Assembly: GCA_049512315.1 (NCBI GenBank)
Contig: JBEKXF010000002.1
Coordinates: forward strand, 132,706-196,705
Direction: 5' to 3'
Source: Candidatus Aminicenantales bacterium
Lineage (GTDB): Bacteria > Acidobacteriota > Aminicenantia > Aminicenantales > Saccharicenantaceae
DNA length: 64,000 nucleotides
The position numbers and the translations under genes are program-made. The notes beneath the pieces were generated by a model, which did not search any database, was not told the DNA's origin, and saw nothing but the letters and a program-made list of their open reading frames with translations. Positions 26,760 through 35,933 of the stretch are shown piece after piece; position 1 is the stretch's first letter; each line of letters begins with the position of its first letter.

Positions 26760-28025
26760 ATGGATCCAACAGCCGTAGAAAAGGCCTATGCCCTGAGCCG
26801 GGAAAAATACGCCGACCTCGGCGTCGACACCGACAAGGCGATCTCCAGCCTCCAATCGGTTCCCCTCTCCATCCATTGCTGGCAGGGAGACGACGTCGGC
26901 GGCTTCGAAACGTCGGCCGCCGGGCTCAACGGCAGCGGGCTTCATGTCACGGGCAGCTATCCCGGCAAGGCCCGCAACGTCCAGGAGCTCCGCTCGGACC
27001 TCCACCAGGCCTTCGCCCTCATCCCCGGACGCCACCGGCTCAACCTTCATGCCATGTACGGAGAGTTCGGCGGGAAGCCCGTCGACCGCAATGAGATCGA
27101 GCCGGGGCACTTCCGCGGCTGGGTGGAATGGGCCAAGCAGGAAGGCTTAAAGCTCGACTTCAACGCCACATGCTTCGCCCACCCGAAGGCCGCGGCCGGC
27201 TTCACTCTCAGCAGCAAAGACCCCGGCATCCGCCGATTCTGGATCGACCACGTCCGGCTTTGCCGGAAGATCGCCGCGTATCTGGGCCGCGAGCTCCAGG
27301 CATCCTCCACCCACAACCTTTGGATCCCCGACGGGAGCAAGGACGTCCCCGTCGACCGCTGGACCTACCGTTCCCTCCTCAAGAACTCGCTGGATGAGAT
27401 CTTCGAAACGGAGTACAGCCCGCTCCAGATGAAGGATTCCCTGGAGAGCAAGCTCTTCGGCATCGGCAGCGAATCGTTCGTCGTGGGCTCGCACGAGTTT
27501 TATCTGGGATACGCCTTCACCAAGGGCAAACTCGTCTGCCTCGACCTGGGACACTTCCACCCGACCGAGTCCGTGGCGGACAAGATCTCGGCCGTCCTCC
27601 AGTTCTCCGACGAGATCCTTCTCCACGTGAGCCGGGGGGTCCGATGGGACAGCGACCATGTCGTCCTCCTCAACGACGAGATCCGGGCCCTGGCCGAGGA
27701 GATCGTCCGCGGCCAGGCGCTCGACAGGACGCACATCGCCCTCGATTATTTCGACGCAAGCATGAACCGCATCGGGGCCTGGGTCCTCGGCGCCCGGGCC
27801 ACCCTGAGGGGCCTTCTCATCGCCCTCCTCGAACCCCGGGAGACACTCCAGGAGCTGGACGGCGAAGGGCGGGTCCTCGCCCGCCTGGCCGCGCTCGAGG
27901 AGCTCAAGTCTATGCCGTTCGGTCCCGTTTGGGATTACTTTTGCCTCAAGAACGGCGTCCCCCCCGCCGACTTCTGGCTCCGGGAGGTCGAAGCCTACGA
28001 GAAAAAGGTCCTGAGCAAGAGATAG
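26760..28025 (+). CDS. rhaA: L-rhamnose isomerase
   Basis: Strong similarity to the RhaA family (…LSIHCWQGDDVGGFE…, …HLNLHAMY…, …DLGHFHPTE…). ATG 26760 is preferred over the track's TTG at 26754. Confidence 0.9.
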   Translation: MDPTAVEKAYALSREKYADLGVDTDKAISSLQSVPLSIHCWQGDDVGGFETSAAGLNGSGLHVTGSYPGKARNVQELRSDLHQAFALIPGRHRLNLHAMYGEFGGKPVDRNEIEPGHFRGWVEWAKQEGLKLDFNATCFAHPKAAAGFTLSSKDPGIRRFWIDHVRLCRKIAAYLGRELQASSTHNLWIPDGSKDVPVDRWTYRSLLKNSLDEIFETEYSPLQMKDSLESKLFGIGSESFVVGSHEFYLGYAFTKGKLVCLDLGHFHPTESVADKISAVLQFSDEILLHVSRGVRWDSDHVVLLNDEIRALAEEIVRGQALDRTHIALDYFDASMNRIGAWVLGARATLRGLLIALLEPRETLQELDGEGRVLARLAALEELKSMPFGPVWDYFCLKNGVPPADFWLREVEAYEKKVLSKR

Positions 28026-28070
28026 AAAACTTCGAATTCCGTTGAACCCCGGGCACCTCCTAAATACCGG

Positions 28071-28098
28071 TTGACGAAAGCTCAAAAACAGCTACACT
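28071..28098 (+). promoter_or_regulatory. Sigma70-like promoter for the HEAT / HD-GYP operon
   Basis: TTGACG (28071-76), 16-nt spacer, TACACT (28093-98). A perfect 7-bp inverted repeat CCGGAGC-cgc-GCTCCGG follows in the 5'UTR (28111-28127). Confidence 0.45.
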
Positions 28099-28139
28099 GA
28101 GGGTGAAGATCCGGAGCCGCGCTCCGGGCGTGACCGACC

Positions 28140-29996
28140 ATGGACCAGAAGAATAGCCCGGTGACAGTGGCCGCAGCCGGAGGCCAGAGCCTCGATCCCA
28201 AGGCCGTCGACAAAACCCGCGACATCCTCCACCAGCTGTCCAACACCGTCTCGGCCATGAAGATCTTCCCCTCCGAGCACGCCACGCTCAAGAACTTCGT
28301 CGACGATCTGACCCAGAAGATCCAGAGCTATCTCGAAGCCTACGGGAAGCTCGAGATCTGGGTGTCGGAATATTCATTCCTCTGCGGAGGCCGGACGGTC
28401 TTCACCGACGAAATGACGATCAAGAGCCTGCCCTTCTTTTTTTTCAAGGACGGGATGCAGGCCCTCTATTTTTACCAGGGCCTCGACCGGGACGAGGTCC
28501 TCGATTTCCTGGATCTCATCCGGAAAGAGTCCCAGAAACCGGCCAGCGACGGCGATATCGTCACAGCCCTCTGGGAGCGGGATTTCGCCAACATCCAATA
28601 TTACGCGCCCGACGATTTCCTGGAGAACCGGATCGTCCAGGAACGGGCGGAGTCCCAGGCCGCGTCCGGTCCCGGCGCCATGCCCGAGTTCGCCCAAGAG
28701 GTCATCGAGATCAAGGTCGACACCTCGAAGTTCACGACCGGGAAGATCGAGCTTACGCCGGAGGACAGCGACGATGTCCGGCGGAGGTCGGCGATCAAGG
28801 AGCTCGCGGACGAGGAAGCGCCGCGGGCCGCGCTCGAGGAGGCCCCGGCCGAAGGAACCGGGGAGGTCCATAGGAGCCCCGCTGCGGCCATGGATCCGAC
28901 CCTGACGGAAGGCGAGATCCAGAACCTTGAATCCCTAGTGCGGGCCAACCGGACGATCTCCCCCGACGAAGAATTTCTGGACCTTATGGTCGAGATCCTC
29001 AACCTCGAAAAGGACCTCGATCATTTCAGCGCCAGCCTCGAGACCCTGGTGGATTATCACCACGAGCAGCTCCAACAGGGCGACTTCGGCTTTTCCATCC
29101 CGCTCGTCCACAAGGTCCGCGAACTCAGGGATTACCTATCGCAGACAGATCCGGAAAAGTCTGCCAGGCTTGACGCTTTCCTGAAAAAGATCATCAGCGC
29201 TAAGACGGTGGACGCCATCAAGGTCCTCTTCGAAAAGAAAAGGCCGGTGGACTGGAATGCCCTGGTCGATTTCTTCAAGCTCCTGGGACAGCCCGCCGTA
29301 CCCCTGGCCGCGGACCTCTACGAATCCGTCCCGGATGAAGAATCCAGGGCGAAAATCCTGGACTTCATCAAGACAGTCTACAGCCAGGATCCGGGAGGGC
29401 TGGCCAGTCTGGTTGCCGATGAGCGGCCCCTGCTCTCCAAGGGCATCGTCGGGCTCCTGGCCCGGTCCTTCGGCAAAAAGGGGCTCGCTCATTTCACGGT
29501 CTTCCTGGGTTTGAAGGACAAGGACGTCAAGCTCGAGGCCATCCGGGCTTTGGGCCAGGCCAGGGACGAAATGGCCAACCGGATGCTGCTCAGCTTCCTG
29601 AACGACGAGGATGAGGACCTGCGGATCCAGGCCGCCATGAAGCTCAATCCCGTCGAAGAGACGTCAAAAATCCAGCATCTCATCGAGGAAGCGGGCACGC
29701 GGGCGTTCAAGGGCAAGAGCCTGAAGGAAAAACAGGCGATCCTGTCGTTCATCGGCCGGACTCGGACCGAAGAGGCCCTGACCTTCCTCCGCAGGACCCT
29801 CGAGAAAAGGGCCCTCTGGATGCCGACCAGGACGAAAGAGATGAAGCTGGCCGCGGTCTCGGGCCTGGAGAGCATGGGGACGGAAGAGGCCATCCGGGCG
29901 CTCGAAAAAGGGGCGGGGTCCCGGAACCGGGAAGTCCGCGAGGCCTGCTCCCAAGCCCTGGTCAGGCTGGCCCAAATGAAAGTCGGCGGGGCGTGA
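28140..29996 (+). CDS. HEAT/PBS-lyase repeat protein with an N-terminal domain shared with the downstream HD-GYP protein
   Basis: 618 aa. The C-terminal third has HEAT-like repeats (…EDLRIQAAMKL…, …EEAIRALEK…REVREACSQALVRL). The N-terminal about 110 aa aligns with the N-terminus of the next ORF. Confidence 0.65.
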   Translation: MDQKNSPVTVAAAGGQSLDPKAVDKTRDILHQLSNTVSAMKIFPSEHATLKNFVDDLTQKIQSYLEAYGKLEIWVSEYSFLCGGRTVFTDEMTIKSLPFFFFKDGMQALYFYQGLDRDEVLDFLDLIRKESQKPASDGDIVTALWERDFANIQYYAPDDFLENRIVQERAESQAASGPGAMPEFAQEVIEIKVDTSKFTTGKIELTPEDSDDVRRRSAIKELADEEAPRAALEEAPAEGTGEVHRSPAAAMDPTLTEGEIQNLESLVRANRTISPDEEFLDLMVEILNLEKDLDHFSASLETLVDYHHEQLQQGDFGFSIPLVHKVRELRDYLSQTDPEKSARLDAFLKKIISAKTVDAIKVLFEKKRPVDWNALVDFFKLLGQPAVPLAADLYESVPDEESRAKILDFIKTVYSQDPGGLASLVADERPLLSKGIVGLLARSFGKKGLAHFTVFLGLKDKDVKLEAIRALGQARDEMANRMLLSFLNDEDEDLRIQAAMKLNPVEETSKIQHLIEEAGTRAFKGKSLKEKQAILSFIGRTRTEEALTFLRRTLEKRALWMPTRTKEMKLAAVSGLESMGTEEAIRALEKGAGSRNREVREACSQALVRLAQMKVGGA

Positions 29997-30005
29997 GGCA
30001 CGAGC

Positions 30006-31481
30006 ATGGGCGAAGCTGAAGGCAAGACTCCCGTGCGGAACGGCCGCGGCTCCCAAGTGAGGCCCGATTTCAAGACCTTCCAGAAGTCCGCCGTCGACCT
30101 CCTCATTCGGTTCCACATCGTCGTCAAGAACGCCAAGCTCTATCAGGCCAACAACGAGATGTTCCAGGAGCAGGCGAAGGCGCTCTTCGGGAGTCTCGAG
30201 GCCTTCCTGAAGGAGGAGGGCGAAGCCACGTTCCAGGTCCGGCAGAGCGCCCTGTTCTTCAACGGCGTCCGGCTCAAGTTCGCCCTGGGGACCTACCCCA
30301 TCTTCAAGTTCATTCTGGAGGCATTCCGGGTTCGGGAGATCGGCACGCTCGCCTTCTCGCCGGGGCTGACCGCGGAGGAGCTGGCCCGTTTTATTTCGGT
30401 CTTCGGGAAGCCGGGGAAAAGGGAGGGTCCCGCCTGCCAGAAGCTTCTGGCCGACCTCGCCGACGCGGACGTCCGCCACGTCAGCCTGGAAACGGCTTCG
30501 GCCACGGAAACCTTCACCAGTCTTCACAAGGACACGGCCCGGATCTTCTTCCTGAGCATCCTCCACCTCAAGGAGAGCTTCGAGCGCGACCAGCGGAACG
30601 AGCCGGTCCAGATCAACACCACGCGGCGCCTCATGCAGTCCATCTTCAACCACATCGTGGACAACGAGTCGTTCATCTACGGCCTGACCAACCTCAAGAA
30701 TTACGACGAGTACACGCTGAACCACTCCGTCAACGTCTGCATGCTGGCCCTCGCCCTCGGGCGGCGCCTCGGCCTGAGCCGGAGCGAGCTCGTCGACCTC
30801 GGCATCGCCGCGTTCTTTCACGACCTCGGGAAGCTCGATACCCCTGCCGACATCCTCAATAAGCCGGCCAAGCTCAGCGAGGAGGAGCGTGAGATCATGG
30901 AACGCCACCCCCACCAGGGCGCTGAGAAGCTCATCCACCTCAAGGAATTCCGTCGCCTGCCGCTCCGGGCCGTCCACGTCGCCCTCGAACACCACATCAA
31001 GGAAGACCTGTCCGGCTATCCCCATTATTTCAAGAAGGTCGACATCAACCTCTTCAGCAAGATCGTCAAGGTCGTGGACTATTTTGACGCCATCACGACC
31101 AAGCGGGTGTACCGAAAAAAGGTCTTCACCCGGGGGGAAGCTCTGAGCCTGATGCTCGAGTACAGCGGGACCGAGTTCAACGCCGTCATCCTCAAGGCCT
31201 TCGTTAACCTGATGGGCGTGTTTCCGATCGGGAGCCTGGTGGCCCTGAACACGGGCGAGGTCGGGATCGTCGTCGACGTCAATCCCGACCCACGGTTCAT
31301 GCTCAGGCCCCAGGTCAAGCTGATCGCGGACACCGCGAGGAACAAGGTCGACGGCGAGGTCGTGGACCTTTCGGATAAGAACCCGGAAACACGGAAGTTC
31401 CCGAGGACCATCGTCAAGGCCCTGGACCCCAGCACCTACGAAATCGAGGTCGCCGACTACTTCCTGGCCCAGGCCCAGTGA
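30006..31481 (+). CDS. HD-GYP domain c-di-GMP phosphodiesterase with N-terminal sensor-like domain
   Basis: HD motif (AAFFHDLGK, …RHPHQGAEKL…) and a GYP motif variant (LEHHIKEDLSGYPHYF). Starts 10 nt after the HEAT gene. Confidence 0.85.
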   Translation: MGEAEGKTPVRNGRGSQVRPDFKTFQKSAVDLLIRFHIVVKNAKLYQANNEMFQEQAKALFGSLEAFLKEEGEATFQVRQSALFFNGVRLKFALGTYPIFKFILEAFRVREIGTLAFSPGLTAEELARFISVFGKPGKREGPACQKLLADLADADVRHVSLETASATETFTSLHKDTARIFFLSILHLKESFERDQRNEPVQINTTRRLMQSIFNHIVDNESFIYGLTNLKNYDEYTLNHSVNVCMLALALGRRLGLSRSELVDLGIAAFFHDLGKLDTPADILNKPAKLSEEEREIMERHPHQGAEKLIHLKEFRRLPLRAVHVALEHHIKEDLSGYPHYFKKVDINLFSKIVKVVDYFDAITTKRVYRKKVFTRGEALSLMLEYSGTEFNAVILKAFVNLMGVFPIGSLVALNTGEVGIVVDVNPDPRFMLRPQVKLIADTARNKVDGEVVDLSDKNPETRKFPRTIVKALDPSTYEIEVADYFLAQAQ

Positions 31482-31582
31482 CGCCGTCCGGCCTCGCTTG
31501 CCACCCCGGGGCGATTCCTTTATCATGAACGCAAGATGCGCTGGGCCGAAGCCATCCCCCTTGTCCGGCAAGGAGATCTGAC

Positions 31583-34285
31583 ATGACGCCATTGCCTCCC
31601 GTCAACCTGAAGTGCGAGTCCCTCGCCGGGCCCCTCGGCGTGGACACGCCCAAGCCGAGGTTCTCCTGGCTCCACGTGAGTCCGGAACGTGACGTGAGGC
31701 AGACCGGTTTTTCCATTCTCGTCTCTTCGGCCCCGGAGCTTTGCCGTAAGGAAATCGGCGATTTCTGGGAGAGCGGACCGCTCGAGGGCGAAAGCTCCTT
31801 CAATGTCGAGTACCAGGGCGATCCGCTCCTGAGCTGTACGCGATACTACTGGCGGGTTCGCTGGCGGGACAAGAGCGGCGTCGAGAGTCCGTGGAGCGAA
31901 ATCGCCTCGTTCGTCAGCGGGTTCCTGTACGAGGGCGATTGGAAGGCCCGCTGGATCAGCGCCAGGAATATCCGGGAATTCAAGTCCCGGGGGAACGTCG
32001 TCCTCGGCGAGGCCGGTCCTGAACATGCCCAGGCCTTCGGCATCTACCTCCGGAAGGAATTCGATCTCCGGGAGAAGCCGGTCATGGCCCTGGCCTTCGT
32101 CTCCGGCCTCGGGCATGGCGAGCTCCGGATCAACGGACGGAAGGCCGGGGACAACGTTCTCGACCCTGGCTGGACGGATTACCGGAAAAAGGCTCTTTAT
32201 TCGACTTTCGACGTGACCGGGCTTCTTCAGGAAAAGAACGCCGCGGGGATCGTCCTCGGGAACGGTCGCCACATCAAGTACTTCGGCTACGACGGGCCCC
32301 GGCTGACGTGCCGCATCGAGATCGAAAGCGAGAGCGGCGAGCGAACGGTCGTCCTGTCGGATGAAACGTGGAAGACATCCCACGGCCCCCTCCAGGAGAA
32401 CGGCCTCTATTTCGGCGAAAAATACGACGCCCGCCTCGAAATGCCGGGGTGGGACGAACCGGGCTTCAACGACTCAGGCTGGGAAAAGGCCGTCTTTGTC
32501 CCCGGCACCCCATTGGCCTCCCAACTCATGCCCCCCGTCCGTGTCTGCGGAAAACTCCGGCCGGAGAACGTCTATGCGTCCGCCCCAGGAGTCTGGATCT
32601 TCGATTTCGGCCAGAACTTCTCCGGATGGGTCCGGATGCAGGTCCAGGGCCCCGCGGGGATGGAGGTCCGCCTAAGGCACGCCGAGCTCGTCCACGAGGA
32701 CGGCTCCTTGAACATGGGCCCCACGGAAAACGCAGAGGCCACGGATGTCTACATCTTGAAGGGCGGAGGCCTCGAAACCTACGAGCCCCGTTTCACCTAT
32801 CACGGCTTCCGTTATGTCGAGCTCACCGGCTTTCCCGGTGAACCGTCTTCCGAAACGCTGGAGGGGCGCTTCGTCCATTCGGACGTCGAGACGGCCGGGA
32901 CCTTTTCCTGCTCGAACGAGCTCGTCAACCGGATCCACACCAACGTCCTTTGGGGACAGCTCTCGAACCTCATGAGCATCCCGACCGACTGCCCGCAGAG
33001 GGACGAGCGGCACGGCTGGCTCGGCGACGCCCATCTCTCGGCCGAGGAGGCTGTTTTCAATTTCGACATGTCTGGGTTCTACGCCAAGTTCCTCGAAGAC
33101 ATCAGGCTGGCCCAGAAGGAGGACGGCAGCCTGCCCGACGTGGCTCCGCCCTACCTGCCGAGCCTCTATCCGGCCGACCCGGCCTGGAGCGCGGCCTACG
33201 CGACACTCGCGTGGCTGCATTACGAGCATTACGAAGACGTCAAGGTCCTGGCCCGCCACTACCCCAATCTCAGGAAATACGTCGAATACCTCGGCAAGAA
33301 CGCCAGCGGGCACATCATCAAGAGCCTCGGCAAGTACGGCGACTGGTGCCCCCCGGGCAGCGTCGTGCCCAAGAAGACCCCGGTGGAGCTCACATCGACG
33401 TGGTATTACTACCATGATGTCCTGATCCTCTCCAAGATCGCCCGGGTCCTCTGCCGCGGCGACGAGGCCAAGGAATACAGCAGCCTCGCCGAAAACATCA
33501 GGGACGCTTTCAACGCGGTCTTCCTCGGCGAGGACCAATACGCGGCGATCCGCGTCAGCCGCATCGACAATTATCCGAATCAAACTTCCAATGTCCTGCC
33601 TCTCTATCTGGACATGGTCCCGCCCGCAAAAATAAGCAAGGTCCTAGAGAGCCTTCTGCGCGGCGTCGTCCGTCAGCAGGATGGCCACGTCGACACGGGC
33701 ATCCTGGGCACGCGTTATATCCTGGACGTCCTGACCCGGAACGGCCAGGCGGAAACGGCCTACCGGATGGCCACCCAAAAAAGCTACCCGGGCTGGGGCT
33801 ACATGATCGAGGAAGGCGCCACGACCCTCTGGGAGAGATGGGAAAAATTGACCGGCCCGGGCATGAACTCCCAGAACCACATCATGCTGGGGAGCGTCGA
33901 CGCCTGGTTCTACAGGACGATCGCCGGGCTGACCCTGCTTGAGCCGAGCTGGAAGAAGTTCCAGGTCAAGCCCCATATCCTCGCCGACCTGACGTCCGCC
34001 GAAGCGAGCCTGAAGACCGTCCGCGGTCCCATCCGAGCGGCCTGGAGGAAGGATGATTCGTCCTTCAGCCTCGAGGTCCTCGTCCCCGTTGGGGCGACGG
34101 CCAGAGTCCATATGCCGGAGCTCTATTCGGACGGCAAGGTCACGGAATCAGGAAAGGTCATCTGGACGAGTTCCCGATCCGGCGAAGCGGTTCCCGGGAT
34201 CACCGCGGCCGGGAGGGGGGACAGGCACGCCGTGTTCGAGGTCGGGAGCGGCGCCTACCGGTTCGAGCTGAAGAAAGCGGGCTGA
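31583..34285 (+). CDS. Alpha-L-rhamnosidase, glycoside hydrolase family 78
   Basis: AAGGAG RBS. N-terminal (MTPLPPVNLKCESLAGPLGVDTPKPRFSW) and catalytic (6-hairpin) motifs typical of GH78 (…CPQRDERHGWLGDAH…, …GWGYMIEEGATTLWERW…). 900 aa. Confidence 0.9.
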   Translation: MTPLPPVNLKCESLAGPLGVDTPKPRFSWLHVSPERDVRQTGFSILVSSAPELCRKEIGDFWESGPLEGESSFNVEYQGDPLLSCTRYYWRVRWRDKSGVESPWSEIASFVSGFLYEGDWKARWISARNIREFKSRGNVVLGEAGPEHAQAFGIYLRKEFDLREKPVMALAFVSGLGHGELRINGRKAGDNVLDPGWTDYRKKALYSTFDVTGLLQEKNAAGIVLGNGRHIKYFGYDGPRLTCRIEIESESGERTVVLSDETWKTSHGPLQENGLYFGEKYDARLEMPGWDEPGFNDSGWEKAVFVPGTPLASQLMPPVRVCGKLRPENVYASAPGVWIFDFGQNFSGWVRMQVQGPAGMEVRLRHAELVHEDGSLNMGPTENAEATDVYILKGGGLETYEPRFTYHGFRYVELTGFPGEPSSETLEGRFVHSDVETAGTFSCSNELVNRIHTNVLWGQLSNLMSIPTDCPQRDERHGWLGDAHLSAEEAVFNFDMSGFYAKFLEDIRLAQKEDGSLPDVAPPYLPSLYPADPAWSAAYATLAWLHYEHYEDVKVLARHYPNLRKYVEYLGKNASGHIIKSLGKYGDWCPPGSVVPKKTPVELTSTWYYYHDVLILSKIARVLCRGDEAKEYSSLAENIRDAFNAVFLGEDQYAAIRVSRIDNYPNQTSNVLPLYLDMVPPAKISKVLESLLRGVVRQQDGHVDTGILGTRYILDVLTRNGQAETAYRMATQKSYPGWGYMIEEGATTLWERWEKLTGPGMNSQNHIMLGSVDAWFYRTIAGLTLLEPSWKKFQVKPHILADLTSAEASLKTVRGPIRAAWRKDDSSFSLEVLVPVGATARVHMPELYSDGKVTESGKVIWTSSRSGEAVPGITAAGRGDRHAVFEVGSGAYRFELKKAG

Positions 34286-34339
34286 CCCCTCACAGCGCGT
34301 AGACGCCGATGTCCCGGTCGCGCCGCGTTCCCGCAGGGC

Positions 34340-35761
34340 TCAATAAAGGAATTTCTTGAAAAGGCGGGCCGCCTCGCCGTAGGCGTCGACCGTCCGCTCG
34401 ATCTCGGCCTTGCCGTGGGCCGTAGAGACGGCGCCGCCGCCATGGACGACGTTGACGCCGTGGATGAGGAGGGCGAGCTTCAGGATGTCCTCCCTGAGCT
34501 GGACGTTCGACCGCTTCTCATCATGGAGATCTTCCGGACTCTTGAGGACGGCGTTCCCGACCGGAAAATGGACCATGATCATGGAGCTTCCGGCGACGAC
34601 GTCGTTGCCTCCGCCCGTGCAGAGCGCGGGCATACCCTCGGCCGCGAAAACGCGCTCGACCCCCGCCCTGAGCTTCTCGCCCGACCGGGCCAGCCGCGGA
34701 TAGATCGCGTCCGCATCCCGGATCAGGTGACGGAGCATGATCAGGCCGGCCTTCATGTATTCCGAGTGGGCCGAGAACGTCCCGCCGTCGAAGTGGACGC
34801 GGCCCCGGAGGCCCCGGCCGCTCTCGCAGCCCTCCATGATGTCGCGCCGCCCGACGACCGCCGCCACGGCATGCCCGCCGCCGATGATCTTGCCGAAGAC
34901 GGAGATGTCGGGCCGGACGCCGTAAAGGTTCTGGATCCCCGAGGGAGCGAAGCGGAAACCGGAAATGACCTCGTCGAAAACGAGGACGATCCCGTATCTG
35001 GCGGTCAGCTCCCTGGCCAGGGTCAGGTATTCTTTCGAGGCGGGCAGGAAACCGCCGACGCCGAGATAGGGTTCGAGGATGAAACAGGCGATGCGATCGC
35101 CTTTCTCCTTCATGATCCTCTCGAGGTCCGCGCCGTCGTTGAAGCGGGTGATGAGGGTCCGGCGCAGGATGTCTTTGAGGACTCCCGCTGACTCGTCCCC
35201 CTCGAACCCGGAGCCGGGCCGGAATTTGACGCCTTTGAGAAGATAGGGCGAGGCGCCGTGCCAGCCGCCGCCGACCTTCAGGACGAGGTCGCGGCCCGTG
35301 AATCCCTCGGCCAGCATGACCGAGTACATCGTGGCCAGCGTCCCCGAGGTCGTGAAGCGGACCATCTCCCCGCGGTAGCCGAGCTGACGGATGATGAGTT
35401 CGGCCAGCTCGATCTGATGGCCGGCCTCAAAACCGGTGAGGAGCGCGCCCCGCTCAACGCATGCCGCGATCTCGCGGCGGATGAGCCGGGGGTTGTGGCC
35501 CAGAATGTTGGCGTAATGGCCCTGCCAGTAGTCGATGTAGCTCCGGCCGTCCACATCGCGGACGATGGGCCCCTCGGCCCGCGTGGCGAAAAAGGGATAG
35601 GGCCGCCAGAGCCGGATCGTGTGGCTGCCGCCGGCGATCATCACTTTCTCGGCCCGATGGAAGACCGCCCGGCTCTTTTTCGTTCTCTTCTTATACTCCC
35701 GGACCAGGTGGTCCCGGAGCCTGTCCATTCCGCTCATGTGTCCTCTTAGGAGTCCCTTCAT
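34340..35761 (-). CDS. Aminotransferase class III, glutamate-1-semialdehyde 2,1-aminomutase-like
   Basis: PLP class-III fold. The segment …VLVFDEVISGFRFAPSGIQNLYGVRPDISVFGKIIGGG… contains the Schiff-base lysine context (FGKIIGGG) typical of GSA-AM-like enzymes. Confidence 0.85.
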   Translation of the reverse strand: MKGLLRGHMSGMDRLRDHLVREYKKRTKKSRAVFHRAEKVMIAGGSHTIRLWRPYPFFATRAEGPIVRDVDGRSYIDYWQGHYANILGHNPRLIRREIAACVERGALLTGFEAGHQIELAELIIRQLGYRGEMVRFTTSGTLATMYSVMLAEGFTGRDLVLKVGGGWHGASPYLLKGVKFRPGSGFEGDESAGVLKDILRRTLITRFNDGADLERIMKEKGDRIACFILEPYLGVGGFLPASKEYLTLARELTARYGIVLVFDEVISGFRFAPSGIQNLYGVRPDISVFGKIIGGGHAVAAVVGRRDIMEGCESGRGLRGRVHFDGGTFSAHSEYMKAGLIMLRHLIRDADAIYPRLARSGEKLRAGVERVFAAEGMPALCTGGGNDVVAGSSMIMVHFPVGNAVLKSPEDLHDEKRSNVQLREDILKLALLIHGVNVVHGGGAVSTAHGKAEIERTVDAYGEAARLFKKFLY

Positions 35762-35933
35762 TTAACAACCTCGGCGGAGGAATGTCAAATAAGCTCAAGT
35801 GGGGCAGTCCCCTCAAGGGGACTGCCCCACTTTTGTTCGGCGCGTTGATAACCCGCGTCGTTCGGGGTAAAATACTTCGAAGACCGAATACGGAGATTGT
35901 TCATGGACCTGCTCAGCCTGGAAAACGTGTGAC

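Noticed and set aside
24874-26778. 634-aa plus-strand ORF overlapping rhaB in another frame
   Set aside because: Arg/Pro/Gly-rich junk; rhaB in the alternative frame has FGGY kinase motifs along its whole length.
29664-31592. 642-aa minus-strand ORF spanning the HEAT/HD-GYP genes
   Set aside because: Antisense artifact; the HD-GYP motif-bearing sense ORF is clearly real.
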